From: Oceanispirochaeta sp.
GTDB taxonomy: Bacteria; Spirochaetota; Spirochaetia; DSM-2461
DNA: 64,000 nucleotides
Direction: 5' to 3'
Assembly: GCA_963666275.2 (NCBI GenBank)
Contig: CAXXOA010000003.1
Coordinates: 42,653-106,652 of the forward strand
Shown: positions 43,566 through 52,681 of the stretch, in pieces
Layout of the letters: each line of letters opens with the position of its first letter
Numbering within the stretch: position 1 is the stretch's first letter
Program-made: the position numbers and the translations under genes
The notes under the pieces: model-generated
What the model saw: the letters and a program-made list of their open reading frames with translations, nothing else
Database searches by the model: none
Told to the model about the DNA's origin: nothing

Positions 43566-43600
43566 GCCCCCATACCCCCTGAAGGGGGCTTTTACTTTTT
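43566..43600 (+). terminator. Terminator after the FHA-LuxR gene
   Basis: A GC stem (GCCCCC...GGGGGC, or CCCCC-tgaa-GGGGG) followed by CTTTTACTTTTT. Confidence 0.6.
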
Positions 43601-43678
43601 GGGAAGGCTGAAGGTTTTCTCGGCAAAGAGCCTCCCCGGTTCCTGAACGGAGCCGAAGGGTGGGGGACTTCCCGGAGC

Positions 43679-43711
43679 AAAAAAAAGCTGCCGTATCATT
43701 GATACAGCAGC
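43679..43711 (-). terminator. Terminator after the FMN-binding protein gene
   Basis: Hairpin GCTGCCGTATC-att-GATACAGCAGC with one mismatch. On the minus strand it is followed by T8. Confidence 0.7.
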
Positions 43712-43747
43712 TTTATCTATACACTGTCTAAGATGACAGCAATTGTC

Positions 43748-44560
43748 TTACTTGGCAGAAGCCATAGCTTCGTTAAGAAGAGCGTAGAAGGGATCCAGTC
43801 CGATAGAAGCACCGGATACGGCATCGGGCATTGCTGTTTCCTGAGTTGCCAGGAGGTTGGCTTCTACAGCCGCAGCCTGCTCAAACCAGGGAGCCATGGC
43901 GTTGCCGCTGGCCATCATACCATACTCACCGTCCATAGACTTCTGAGCTTTGTTATTGGTTCCGTCTTCTGCCAGACCATCCCAGTTTACGGCTACGATA
44001 TAACCGGAAGTCACTGTCACATCAACAAAGTATTTGTATCCATGATCAAACTCGGGCTGTTCTGCATGATAGAAACCGTCTTTGTAGGGACCGTATCCGA
44101 CAGGACCGGCTGCCAGAGCTTTCTCTGCAAGGGTGAAGAATTCGATAACATGGATAGACGCTCCGGAGAACGCATCTGTATGGCCTTCGTCATCTTTATA
44201 GGTAATTGCGGTGGGATCCTGAGTTTTCAGGAGGTATTCCTGAGCGGCAGCAGCCTGCTCATACCAGGGAGCTTTGGCTCCGCCTTTTTCCATACCGTAT
44301 TCACCGGCTTTGGAAAGGCTGACTTTGTCTTTTCCGGCATTCACATTGGCACCGTTCCATACGGCTTTGACAATTTTACCGTCTTTTACCTCTATGGTTA
44401 CATTATATTTCCAGCCGGTTTTTCCAAACTGGTCTTCCTGAGCAAAGTACACGCCGTCTTTGTATGCGGGTGCACTGGATGCGGCTTCCTGCTGTCCTTC
44501 TGCAAAAACAGATGCGGAAAAAATTGACAGAATAACGAAAAATGTCATTATTTTTTTCAT
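43748..44560 (-). CDS. Secreted protein with two tandem FMN-binding (FMN_bind) domains carrying flavinylation motifs
   Basis: The ORF extends to 44572; ATG 44560 lies 5 nt after GGAGG. It has a signal peptide (MKKIMTFFVILSIFSASVFA). Two homologous halves each end in D-x-x-S-G-A-S (DAFSGASIH and DAVSGASIG). Confidence 0.85.
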   Translation of the reverse strand: MKKIMTFFVILSIFSASVFAEGQQEAASSAPAYKDGVYFAQEDQFGKTGWKYNVTIEVKDGKIVKAVWNGANVNAGKDKVSLSKAGEYGMEKGGAKAPWYEQAAAAQEYLLKTQDPTAITYKDDEGHTDAFSGASIHVIEFFTLAEKALAAGPVGYGPYKDGFYHAEQPEFDHGYKYFVDVTVTSGYIVAVNWDGLAEDGTNNKAQKSMDGEYGMMASGNAMAPWFEQAAAVEANLLATQETAMPDAVSGASIGLDPFYALLNEAMASAK

Positions 44561-44719
44561 ATAGACCTCCAAAAGTGGTAATACTCTTTTATGAATATAT
44601 TAAAATTCATAAATTTTTATCGACTATAATGCTTTTTCCAAACAAAATCAACTAAATCCTACTAAAAAGCTAGGTTATGGGCTTATGCAATCTTCCTTTA
44701 GTACACACAAGTTTCTATA

Positions 44720-46120
44720 ATGGCTTTTCATATGGCGAAAGTAAAAAGTTTTAGCGGTTTATTAAAAAAGGTTCTCCTTCTGGGACTGCCTCTTCTTTTC
44801 GGTCAGTTGACCCAGTATTTTCATCAGATTGCCGATTCAGCCATGCTGGGACATTTCGGAGAAACAAGCAGTGAACTGGCAGCCATCGGCATTGCCGGCC
44901 TCTATTCCTGGATGCTGGCAACTTTTATCTGGCCTGTCTCAACAGGTATCCAGGCTATTGCCTCCCGCCGTTATGGAAAACAGGACTCCGGAGTGGAGGC
45001 TCACAGGTTTTCAACAGGTGAGGCTCTGGATAACGGTCTGGCTGTGACTTTCTATGCGGCCGGTCTCTCCACGCTATTCAGCTTCCTTGCCAAACCTGTC
45101 CTGGGGGCTCTCCTGGATTCCCGGGAAATCCTGGATCTTTCCCTTCAATACATCCGGATCATCCGGTTTTCTCTTCTTCCTCTGGGGCTGTGTTTCTCTC
45201 TGCAGGGATTTTTCGGGGCTCTGAACAAGACCAGATACGTAATGTATGCGGGGGTTCTCAGCAATCTTTCCAATATTCTACTCAACTGGATATTCATATT
45301 CGGCAAACTGGGGTTGCCTGCCATGGGGATCCGGGGAGCCGCCCTGGGAACTGTTCTGTCCGATGTGATCACCCTGATCTTTCTTATCTGGATTGTGATT
45401 CAGAAGGGATACCTGAAACAGTACAGGCTTTTTCATTTTTCCGATCTCAGCGTGATGATTCAGAAAGATATCATCAAAGTAGCCGTTCCGCCGGGACTTC
45501 AGAATGTTTTCGCCCTGGGATTTTTTATGACATACCAGACTATCATCGAAGACTATTCTGTCCTGTATCTGGCAGCTACCCACAGTACCTTTGCCTTTTT
45601 CCGATTGAATAAGTCCATCATCAGCGGCTTCGCCCGTTCCGCCAGCATCCTGGCGGGAAATGCTCTGGGACGGGGAGACAAAGAGGATGCTCAGGTTATT
45701 ATTACGGCAGCAGGGTTTATTTCAGGACTTGTGGCCATATTCATTTCTCTTATCACTTTTTCCGGTCGGAATGTGATCGCCTCTGTTTTTACTGACTCTC
45801 CTGAAACGGCTTCTGCCATAGTGCAGACACTTCTCTTTTTTCTGCCCTTCTTTTTTATTGAATCCCTGGGGTACGCTTTTGAAATGGTATTTGTTCCCAA
45901 CGGCTATGGAAAATGGGTACTGTTCAGCGAGTTTACAACCAATGCCGTGTTTATTCTGGGGGCGACCCTTGTGGTGAGGCATCTGTTTCCCGGTGAGATC
46001 CGGCTGGCCTGGCTCTGTTTCGGTCTCTATCAGCTCTTTCATGCCAGCCTGATGATCACAGGATATGTCCGGCGTAAATGGCTGGATATTGAGCTGGATA
46101 GAACCACGGGAGGAAGCTGA
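44720..46120 (+). CDS. MATE-family efflux transporter
   Basis: 466 aa with 12 predicted helices. It has a MATE-like N-terminus (LLLGLPLLFGQLTQYFHQIADSAMLGHFG). The start could be Met5 (44732). Confidence 0.85.
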   Translation: MAFHMAKVKSFSGLLKKVLLLGLPLLFGQLTQYFHQIADSAMLGHFGETSSELAAIGIAGLYSWMLATFIWPVSTGIQAIASRRYGKQDSGVEAHRFSTGEALDNGLAVTFYAAGLSTLFSFLAKPVLGALLDSREILDLSLQYIRIIRFSLLPLGLCFSLQGFFGALNKTRYVMYAGVLSNLSNILLNWIFIFGKLGLPAMGIRGAALGTVLSDVITLIFLIWIVIQKGYLKQYRLFHFSDLSVMIQKDIIKVAVPPGLQNVFALGFFMTYQTIIEDYSVLYLAATHSTFAFFRLNKSIISGFARSASILAGNALGRGDKEDAQVIITAAGFISGLVAIFISLITFSGRNVIASVFTDSPETASAIVQTLLFFLPFFFIESLGYAFEMVFVPNGYGKWVLFSEFTTNAVFILGATLVVRHLFPGEIRLAWLCFGLYQLFHASLMITGYVRRKWLDIELDRTTGGS

Positions 46121-46162
46121 CTCAGCTTGATCAGGCTTCTTATTTAAGGGTATCTTAAGGGC

Positions 46163-46903
46163 ATGTCCGTATTAGAATATGAAATAAATCCCTTTAACGG
46201 GGCCCAGATAGATCCTCCCGCTCTACCGGAGAGGACAGACGTTTTTATTGCCTCCTTTGAAGAAACCCTGAAGGAGCTGAGAAAGGACGGCCGTATCGCT
46301 TTATGGCTGAATATTCCCATTGAAAAATCAGATTTTATACCCCATGCCGTAGCGGCGGGATGCCGTTTTCACCACGCTGGGGAAGACTACCTTCAGCTTG
46401 TGATGAAACTTGATCCCCAGGCATTTATTCCCGGATATGCCACCCATTACATCGGGGCCGGCGGGGTTGTACTGGATGATGAGAACCGGATCCTTGTGAT
46501 TCAGGAAAAATACCATACAAAAAAACATTATAAACTCCCCGGAGGAGCTCTGGATCCTCAGGAGCATATCTCGGATGCCGTAAAAAGGGAGATTTTTGAA
46601 GAAACCGGAATCAGAACCGAGTTTCTCTATCTCAGCTCTTTCCGGCACTGGCACGGGTACCGGTACAGCAAGTCGGATATCTATTTTGTCTGCCGGATGA
46701 AACCTCTGTCATTTGAAATCAAGGCAGATCCCCGTGAGATATCCGAAGCCCGATGGATGCCCCTTGAGGAGTATCTGAACGACCCGGATACCCATCCCTT
46801 CAATCAGAAGATCGTCAGGACAGCCATCAAGGGGCAGGGGCTGAAACTTGAAAGCATTCCCGATTACGGATCTCCTGAAACCCATGAAATGATGTTTTTC
46901 TAA
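46163..46903 (+). CDS. NUDIX hydrolase
   Basis: 246 aa with the Nudix box GGALDPQEHISDAVKREIFEETGI (GX5EX7REUXEEXGU). Confidence 0.9.
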   Translation: MSVLEYEINPFNGAQIDPPALPERTDVFIASFEETLKELRKDGRIALWLNIPIEKSDFIPHAVAAGCRFHHAGEDYLQLVMKLDPQAFIPGYATHYIGAGGVVLDDENRILVIQEKYHTKKHYKLPGGALDPQEHISDAVKREIFEETGIRTEFLYLSSFRHWHGYRYSKSDIYFVCRMKPLSFEIKADPREISEARWMPLEEYLNDPDTHPFNQKIVRTAIKGQGLKLESIPDYGSPETHEMMFF

Positions 46904-46912
46904 GATACCGGA

Positions 46913-47536
46913 TTACAGGCTCTCCATGACCATCATGAGAAATCCGGAAAACGCCGGATTGCTGGGCGACAGGGAAGGGTCGACTTCCCTTTTCATACTG
47001 TTGATCAGATCTCTGTATCTTCTGTAAAAATCGTAACTGGGCCGGGGCGAGTAGACCAGGTCCGGGATTTCAAAGACTTTGAGAATGTTTTTTACCGTGG
47101 TGGGTTTGATAAAGACCTCTTCGGCAGGCCTGACATAGGCGGGGATAACGCTCAAAAGGGTCCATTTGGCCAGTTTTCCCATTTTAAGAACTTCCAGATA
47201 ACGGTTAAACCCTTTCTCCTCGTCCAGGTAGAGCATCTCATGGAGGGATTCTGTCAGTTCATCCCGGTCATGGCTGTTGAGGGAGCGCACAAAGTCCCGG
47301 AAGCGGGGCTTTTCAAAAACCGAAACCATGCTGGAGGCGCTGACGAATTTGATAAGATTCTCACTGAGCAGTACTGTCCGGCTGAAAGCATCTTCTGAAA
47401 ACTGCTCCTGTGCCCGGGGAACCAGCTTATCCATTCTGTGCTTCTTTCCTATGACCACCATTTCAGGGTCTTCAAAACCTCCGGGGTAACGGCTTAGAAA
47501 GAGGGCTTCCGCCTGTTGCAGTTTATTCAGATTCAT
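46913..47536 (-). CDS. Hypothetical protein, no recognised domain
   Basis: 207 aa with a GGGAGGAAA SD upstream of ATG 47536. The composition is helical and charged. Confidence 0.6.
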   Translation of the reverse strand: MNLNKLQQAEALFLSRYPGGFEDPEMVVIGKKHRMDKLVPRAQEQFSEDAFSRTVLLSENLIKFVSASSMVSVFEKPRFRDFVRSLNSHDRDELTESLHEMLYLDEEKGFNRYLEVLKMGKLAKWTLLSVIPAYVRPAEEVFIKPTTVKNILKVFEIPDLVYSPRPSYDFYRRYRDLINSMKREVDPSLSPSNPAFSGFLMMVMESL

Positions 47537-47645
47537 GGATTTCCTCCCTGTCTTTTATCCTTTATACACCAAGTGTACAGGAATTTCATGTATCCGTGTT
47601 GCTGTGAGTTTTGACTTTTTCATTTTACCCGGTTTAAAATAAGAG

Positions 47646-47684
47646 TGAGTCATAGAATGAGTCAGGAGGTATATGGATGAGTCA
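47646..47684 (+). promoter_or_regulatory. Three copies of TGAGTCA around the vapB start; candidate antitoxin operator
   Basis: The copies are at 47646-47652, 47658-47664 and 47678-47684. Confidence 0.4.
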
Positions 47685-47928
47685 GATTACCTTGAGAGAA
47701 CTGCCGGAAGTGCTGGACCACCAGCTGAGATCCCTGGCAAAAAAGAATCATACCAGTCTGAACAGAACGATTCAGAACATTCTGATGGAAACCCTGGGAT
47801 TATCCGAAGGCTCCAGTCGGAAAAGGGATCTTTCCGATCTTTCAGGAGCATGGTCCCGGGAAGAGGCTGAGGCCTTTGAAAAGGATCTTGCTGTTTTTGA
47901 TCAGATTGATGATGAAATCTGGAGCTGA
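47677..47928 (+). CDS. vapB: Type II antitoxin (VapB/FitA-like, ribbon-helix-helix-type N-terminus)
   Basis: 83 aa with AGGAGG 7 nt upstream. The N-terminus QITLRELPEVLDHQLRSLAKKNHTSLNRTIQNIL looks beta-alpha-alpha. Its stop abuts the PIN gene start (TGAATG). Confidence 0.8.
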   Translation: MSQITLRELPEVLDHQLRSLAKKNHTSLNRTIQNILMETLGLSEGSSRKRDLSDLSGAWSREEAEAFEKDLAVFDQIDDEIWS

Positions 47929-48321
47929 ATGATGAGGCTCTGTATCGATACCAATGCTTATACAGCTCTCATGCTCGGAGAGGATAGAATCCTCAACCTG
48001 CTTGAAAATGCGGAGGAAATTCTTATTCCCGTAACAGTTCTGGGAGAATTATATGCGGGATTCTATATGGGAAAACAGTTTGAAGAGAATATACGCAGGC
48101 TGGAATCCTTTCTTGAAAAACCTGATATCCATATACGCAACCTAACCGGGGAGGCGGCTTTCCGCTATGGATTTTTAGTGAAGGAATTGAGAGACAATGG
48201 AACACCAATTCCCTCAAATGACATCTGGATTGCTGCGACATCGCTGGATTCCGGGGCTATCCTCGTGAGCCGGGACAGGCATTTTTCCCGTATCCCGGGC
48301 CTTCAGATTCTGGGTTTTTAG
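47929..48321 (+). CDS. vapC: PIN-domain ribonuclease toxin VapC
   Basis: 130 aa. PIN acidic residues sit in the expected contexts (CIDTNAY, LGELYAG, SNDIWIAATS, LVSRDRHF). Confidence 0.88.
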   Translation: MMRLCIDTNAYTALMLGEDRILNLLENAEEILIPVTVLGELYAGFYMGKQFEENIRRLESFLEKPDIHIRNLTGEAAFRYGFLVKELRDNGTPIPSNDIWIAATSLDSGAILVSRDRHFSRIPGLQILGF

Positions 48322-48334
48322 ACTGGGAACAAAG

Positions 48335-50461
48335 TTAATTTATTATTTTCAGAGCATTTACAAACACCGTATGGGTCCGGGAGGAGAAACTGGGCAGGGT
48401 CGGCTCGGAGGAAGTCAGCACATTGACAGATCCTCCCGTCTCGGTGAGGCCTGAGTTTTTCTCTGTGAACCGGGGCCATAAGCCCTCATTCAGGCAGAGA
48501 CAGCCTTTGCGTATATCCTCTGTGATCCTCAAGGGGATCTCCATTGTTCCAAAAGGGCTGGAGAGGCTGATAGTCTCTCCCTGATGAAGGTTTCTCTCTG
48601 CGGCATCTGCGGGATGCATCCAGACAGCCAGGTCCTCCTCCATCCGGAAGCCTTCCACATTGGCAAACTGGGAGTGAATTCCCTGGAGAGGATGGGGGCT
48701 TACAAGAGCCAGTGGATAGTCCCCGGGAATTTCAGGCCCCTCCCTGTGATGGGGATAGGCCGGGAAACCTGTTTTTTCATACTCCCGGGAGGCTATTTCA
48801 ATTCTGCCTGATGGGGTATTGAGGGGGTGTTCCGCAGGATCGGCAATGAAATCGGAAAGCCCTACTCTCTCCTGGTCTTTTCCCATGAACAGACCGGTGG
48901 CTTTGAAATCTTCAGGATCCGGGATCTCGGACTTTTCAAGGAGATGATCAAGCCATTCCTCTGCTGACCGGCCTCCGGTGTAGGCCTCTGCAAATCCCAG
49001 ACGTTCCGCCAGGGCTGTAAATATCTGGTAGTCTGTTCTGATCCCTTCCGGCGGCTCTACCGCTCTGGAGGACCAGAGAAGGAAGTTCCCCGCCGGTGTG
49101 ACAATATCGTTTCTTTCAAGAAAAGAGGCTGCAGGGAAGACTATATCGCACATGGCCATGGTGGGTGTCAGAAAAAAGTCGTGGCCGATGATCAGATCCA
49201 GTTTCTGCAGGGCCTGGATGTTTTTCAGGATATCACTGCCCTGACTCATCAGGTTGCTGCTTGTAATATAGGCCCCTTTCAGATGGTAGGGACGCCCCTG
49301 AAACTGCTGATTCAGGATCACATCCGGCCAGGCGTAAACAGGGAAGGAGGGATCCGAGTGAGGGACTGCCGGAACGGTCGGGCAGTAGGGGCGGGACATC
49401 CTGCCCCAGAACATTCCCCCCGAGGATCCTCCGGGCCTGCCTGTATTTCCCGTTGCCAGCTGCAGGGCTGCCGTCATGCGGGCCGCTTCCTCTCCGCCCA
49501 GGGCGCGCTGCAGTGAGAGTCCCGGCAGGAGCGCCGCCGGTTTGATCCGGCCGTACATATCCGCAAGCTTTACAATGTCCTTTTCGGGGATTCCGCAGAT
49601 TTCCGAGGCCCAGGCCGGTGTTCTGGCCACACCGTCGGTCTGGCCTGTGACATAGGCCTTCAGCTCGGGAAAGCCTATGCTGTATTTTTCGATAAACTGG
49701 TGATCCTGCAGGTCATTGCGGATCAGATGGTAGAGGATCGCCGCCATCAGGGCTGTGTCAGTTCCCGGTTTGATAGGGATCCACCAGGTTCCCATCGTTT
49801 TGGCCGTTCTTGTATTCCGGGGATCGATCACAACTACCGGGACTCCCCGTTTCCGGGCTTCCAGGATTCTGGGGGGCATTTCGCAGCCGAATCGGGTATC
49901 CAGGGCGTTATATCCCCAGAGCAGGATCATCTCTGACTGTGCCAGATTTCCCGCATCCATCCCCGTGTGGGCACTCCCGAAAACATGGGACAGAGCGAAG
50001 GATGCGGCCCCGCTGCTGTAGTTGCCTGTTGTTCTGGTGGCTCCGCCCCAGAGGGTCAGAAACCGGGAGCTGAGTTTGGAACTGTTATGGAAGACTCCCC
50101 GGCAGGAGCCGCCGCTTGAAAAGTCCAGCATGGCCTGTGAACCATAACGGGCCTGAAATTCCTTGAGCCGGGAAGCCGCCATATCCAGGGCTTCCTCCCA
50201 GCTTGCCTCCCGGAAGAGATCCTTTGCCTCTTCGGCGGACCGGAAAGTTCTGCCCTTTCTCTCCCTGCGTATAAGTGGCTTCAGAAGCCTGTGGGGATGG
50301 TTATCCATGTCCATGGCCCTGAATCCCTTCCGGCACCCTTTCATATAGAGAGAACCGGCGGGATTATTGCTGATGCGGACAACTTTCCCCTCTTCCACAT
50401 GAGCCAGAAGAGGGCAGCCTCCACCGCAGTCTTTGTTGCACGAAACGGGAAAGGTTTTCAT
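48335..50461 (-). CDS. Molybdopterin (bis-MGD) oxidoreductase, DMSO-reductase family, cytoplasmic (no Tat signal)
   Basis: 708 aa. It has an N-terminal 4Fe-4S motif C-x3-C-x3-C (VSCNKDCGGGCPL) with a fourth Cys (KGCRKGF), and molybdopterin-binding blocks (VVVIDPRNT, and a C-terminal beta-barrel domain). There is no twin-arginine leader. Confidence 0.88.
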   Translation of the reverse strand: MKTFPVSCNKDCGGGCPLLAHVEEGKVVRISNNPAGSLYMKGCRKGFRAMDMDNHPHRLLKPLIRRERKGRTFRSAEEAKDLFREASWEEALDMAASRLKEFQARYGSQAMLDFSSGGSCRGVFHNSSKLSSRFLTLWGGATRTTGNYSSGAASFALSHVFGSAHTGMDAGNLAQSEMILLWGYNALDTRFGCEMPPRILEARKRGVPVVVIDPRNTRTAKTMGTWWIPIKPGTDTALMAAILYHLIRNDLQDHQFIEKYSIGFPELKAYVTGQTDGVARTPAWASEICGIPEKDIVKLADMYGRIKPAALLPGLSLQRALGGEEAARMTAALQLATGNTGRPGGSSGGMFWGRMSRPYCPTVPAVPHSDPSFPVYAWPDVILNQQFQGRPYHLKGAYITSSNLMSQGSDILKNIQALQKLDLIIGHDFFLTPTMAMCDIVFPAASFLERNDIVTPAGNFLLWSSRAVEPPEGIRTDYQIFTALAERLGFAEAYTGGRSAEEWLDHLLEKSEIPDPEDFKATGLFMGKDQERVGLSDFIADPAEHPLNTPSGRIEIASREYEKTGFPAYPHHREGPEIPGDYPLALVSPHPLQGIHSQFANVEGFRMEEDLAVWMHPADAAERNLHQGETISLSSPFGTMEIPLRITEDIRKGCLCLNEGLWPRFTEKNSGLTETGGSVNVLTSSEPTLPSFSSRTHTVFVNALKIIN

Positions 50462-50479
50462 GGCCCTATTCTACAGGCA

Positions 50480-51400
50480 TCAGTCCAGTTTGGCCAGTTC
50501 TACCGCTGTTTTTGCCGCGACTCTGGCGTTGTTGAATACAAGCTGAATATTGGAGGCCAGACTGTCGCCGCCGGTGAGTTCGGCTACTTTTGCAAGGAGG
50601 AAGGGAGTGGACTCTTTTCCTTTGATTCCTTTGGCATTCATCTCATCCAGAGCTTCTTCTATGGCCCCGTTTATAACAGATTCATCCATGGCTTTGTCTT
50701 CGGGGATCGGGTTGGCAATGACGGCTCCCCCTTTCAGATTCATATCCCATTTGGCTTTCAGGGCTCTGGCCAGTTCTTCTTCCGTATCAATCCTGTAATC
50801 CACCTGGAAACCGCTCTTTCTTGTATAGAATGCAGGCATCTCTCCGGTTCCGAACCCGATAACCGGTACCCCGTGGGTTTCCAGATATTCCAGGGTCAGT
50901 CCAATGTCCAGAATGGATTTGGCTCCCGCACAGAATACGGCCACATTGGTGGAAGCCAGCTCCTGCAGGTCTGCGGAGATATCGAAAGTCTCCTGGGCTC
51001 CCCTGTGAACTCCCCCGATCCCGCCGGTGGCAAAAATGCTGATTCCCGCCATGGCGGCAATGATCATGGTCGATGCGACAGTGGTGGCTCCGTCTTTTCC
51101 CGAGGCCACAATAAAGGGGATATCTCTCCGGCTGACCTTGGTGACCTCTGTTCCGGCTCTTCCCAGATAGTCCAGATCCTCCGGCAGGAGTCCCGCTTTC
51201 AGGCGTCCTTTCAGAATCGCGATGGTAGCGGGGACCGCTCCGTTCCGGCGGATGATGTTTTCCACCTCTTTGGCTGTTTCCACATTCTGCGGATAGGGCA
51301 TTCCGTGGGAAATGATGGTGGACTCCAGAGCCACAACGGGTTTTCCCTGTTCCAGGGCTTCCTGTACTTCCGGAGTGATATCCAGGTATTTCTTATCCAT
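50480..51400 (-). CDS. psuG: Pseudouridine-5'-phosphate glycosidase
   Basis: 306 aa. The N-terminus [29 protein letters not shown] and the blocks GGIGGVHRG and DISADL are typical of PsuG/YeiN. Confidence 0.92.
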   Translation of the reverse strand: MDKKYLDITPEVQEALEQGKPVVALESTIISHGMPYPQNVETAKEVENIIRRNGAVPATIAILKGRLKAGLLPEDLDYLGRAGTEVTKVSRRDIPFIVASGKDGATTVASTMIIAAMAGISIFATGGIGGVHRGAQETFDISADLQELASTNVAVFCAGAKSILDIGLTLEYLETHGVPVIGFGTGEMPAFYTRKSGFQVDYRIDTEEELARALKAKWDMNLKGGAVIANPIPEDKAMDESVINGAIEEALDEMNAKGIKGKESTPFLLAKVAELTGGDSLASNIQLVFNNARVAAKTAVELAKLD

Positions 51401-51402
51401 AA

Positions 51403-52500
51403 TCAGTAGTTCTCCTTGATAAATTGATCTATTTTTTCAGCCGAAATATTCGGATTGATTGTATTTTCATGGCAGATTGTCAGTCCTGAAGCGGCCAGAG
51501 CTTTCTGCAGCCTCAGGGGCAGAGGATCCTTTTCAAGGAGTCCCCAGGCCAGTCCTGCCAGAAAGGCATCTCCCGCACCGGTCGCATTCACTGGCGGTCC
51601 GGGCAGGCGGGGCGGGTTGGGAAGGGATAGGGCTGCCTCTTCCGAGAGGGAGAAAATCCCTTTGTCATTCAGGCTTATCACTACATTCCTCACGCCTTTT
51701 TCCCGGAGTTTCCCGGCGGCCTTCTCCAGGTCCTGTTCGTTTTCTATGGTCAGCCCGGTCAGAACCTGAGCTTCCATGGCATTGGGTTTGATCGTATGAA
51801 GGAAGGGAAGGCTTGCTGTCAGCCGGGATGCTTTGGCAGAAGAGACAGGGTCGGCAAAAATGGGAATATCCCTGTAGGTCCGGCAGATATAGCTGATCAC
51901 GTCCTCGGGTATATTCGCATCGAGGACAATCACAGACGCATTGCTCAGCTGACGGTGACGGCTCTGAATATAGCTGACCGTGAAACTCTCCATGATCTCC
52001 ATATCCGAAAGGGCCAGGGCCATATCTCCCTTTTCATTCAGGATGGAAAGATAGGAGGAGGTCCCTTTATCAGGGATGATCAGAATATCGCTCATATCGA
52101 TTCCGGCCCGGGTGCTCTCTTCTATAAGCTGCTGTCCATGAGAGTCATCACCCAGCACTGTAAGGAGCTTCACTTCAGCACCCAACCGGGCCATGTTCTC
52201 GGCAATATTCCTGGCCACCCCTCCGCAGGAGACTTTTACCCGGCCCGGATTGGAATCCCGGGATATCAGCGGCAGCGAGGGAAAGCCCTGGATATCCATG
52301 TTGGACCCCCCGATGACAACGGCATAGGGGGACTTCCTCAGGATATAGCCCTTACCCTGTATCTGTCCTTTATTGGTCAGATTCATTATATGTCCTGCCA
52401 CGGATGAGCGGGTTATCCCCAGCTTTTCCGCCAGGTCTTTCTGGGAGATCATCGGGTTCTCTTTCAGTATTTCCAGAATTTCCCACTCTCGTTTGGTCAT
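51403..52500 (-). CDS. psuK: Winged-helix HTH fused to a PfkB-family kinase (pseudouridine kinase-like)
   Basis: 365 aa. It has an N-terminal HTH ([42 protein letters not shown]), then a ribokinase fold (GGVARNIA; C-terminal [12 protein letters not shown]). It lies 2 nt upstream of psuG. Confidence 0.85.
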   Translation of the reverse strand: MTKREWEILEILKENPMISQKDLAEKLGITRSSVAGHIMNLTNKGQIQGKGYILRKSPYAVVIGGSNMDIQGFPSLPLISRDSNPGRVKVSCGGVARNIAENMARLGAEVKLLTVLGDDSHGQQLIEESTRAGIDMSDILIIPDKGTSSYLSILNEKGDMALALSDMEIMESFTVSYIQSRHRQLSNASVIVLDANIPEDVISYICRTYRDIPIFADPVSSAKASRLTASLPFLHTIKPNAMEAQVLTGLTIENEQDLEKAAGKLREKGVRNVVISLNDKGIFSLSEEAALSLPNPPRLPGPPVNATGAGDAFLAGLAWGLLEKDPLPLRLQKALAASGLTICHENTINPNISAEKIDQFIKENY

Positions 52501-52681
52501 GGATCGTCCTTATTTACGATGCAAACAAATGTTTGTATATCTAACATATGTTTGTATTTTTAATGATTTTCCGGAAATAATCAAGATCCTTTAACGGCAT
52601 AAGGAACTTTTGTAATCACTCTTTTCATTTCCTATAATTGTAGATAGTTCCTGTCTTTCTCAATGCATTTCTGGAGGATAA

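Noticed and set aside
48335-50461. Possible selenocysteine (in-frame TGA) in the molybdopterin oxidoreductase.
   Set aside because: The 708-aa frame is uninterrupted from ATG to stop, with no in-frame TGA. No SECIS-like hairpin needs to be invoked.
50291-51409. A 372-aa plus-strand ORF overlapping psuG and the 5' end of the Mo-enzyme gene.
   Set aside because: It is antisense to two genes with clear family signatures. The product is Gly/Ser/Phe-rich without motifs, so it is a shadow ORF.
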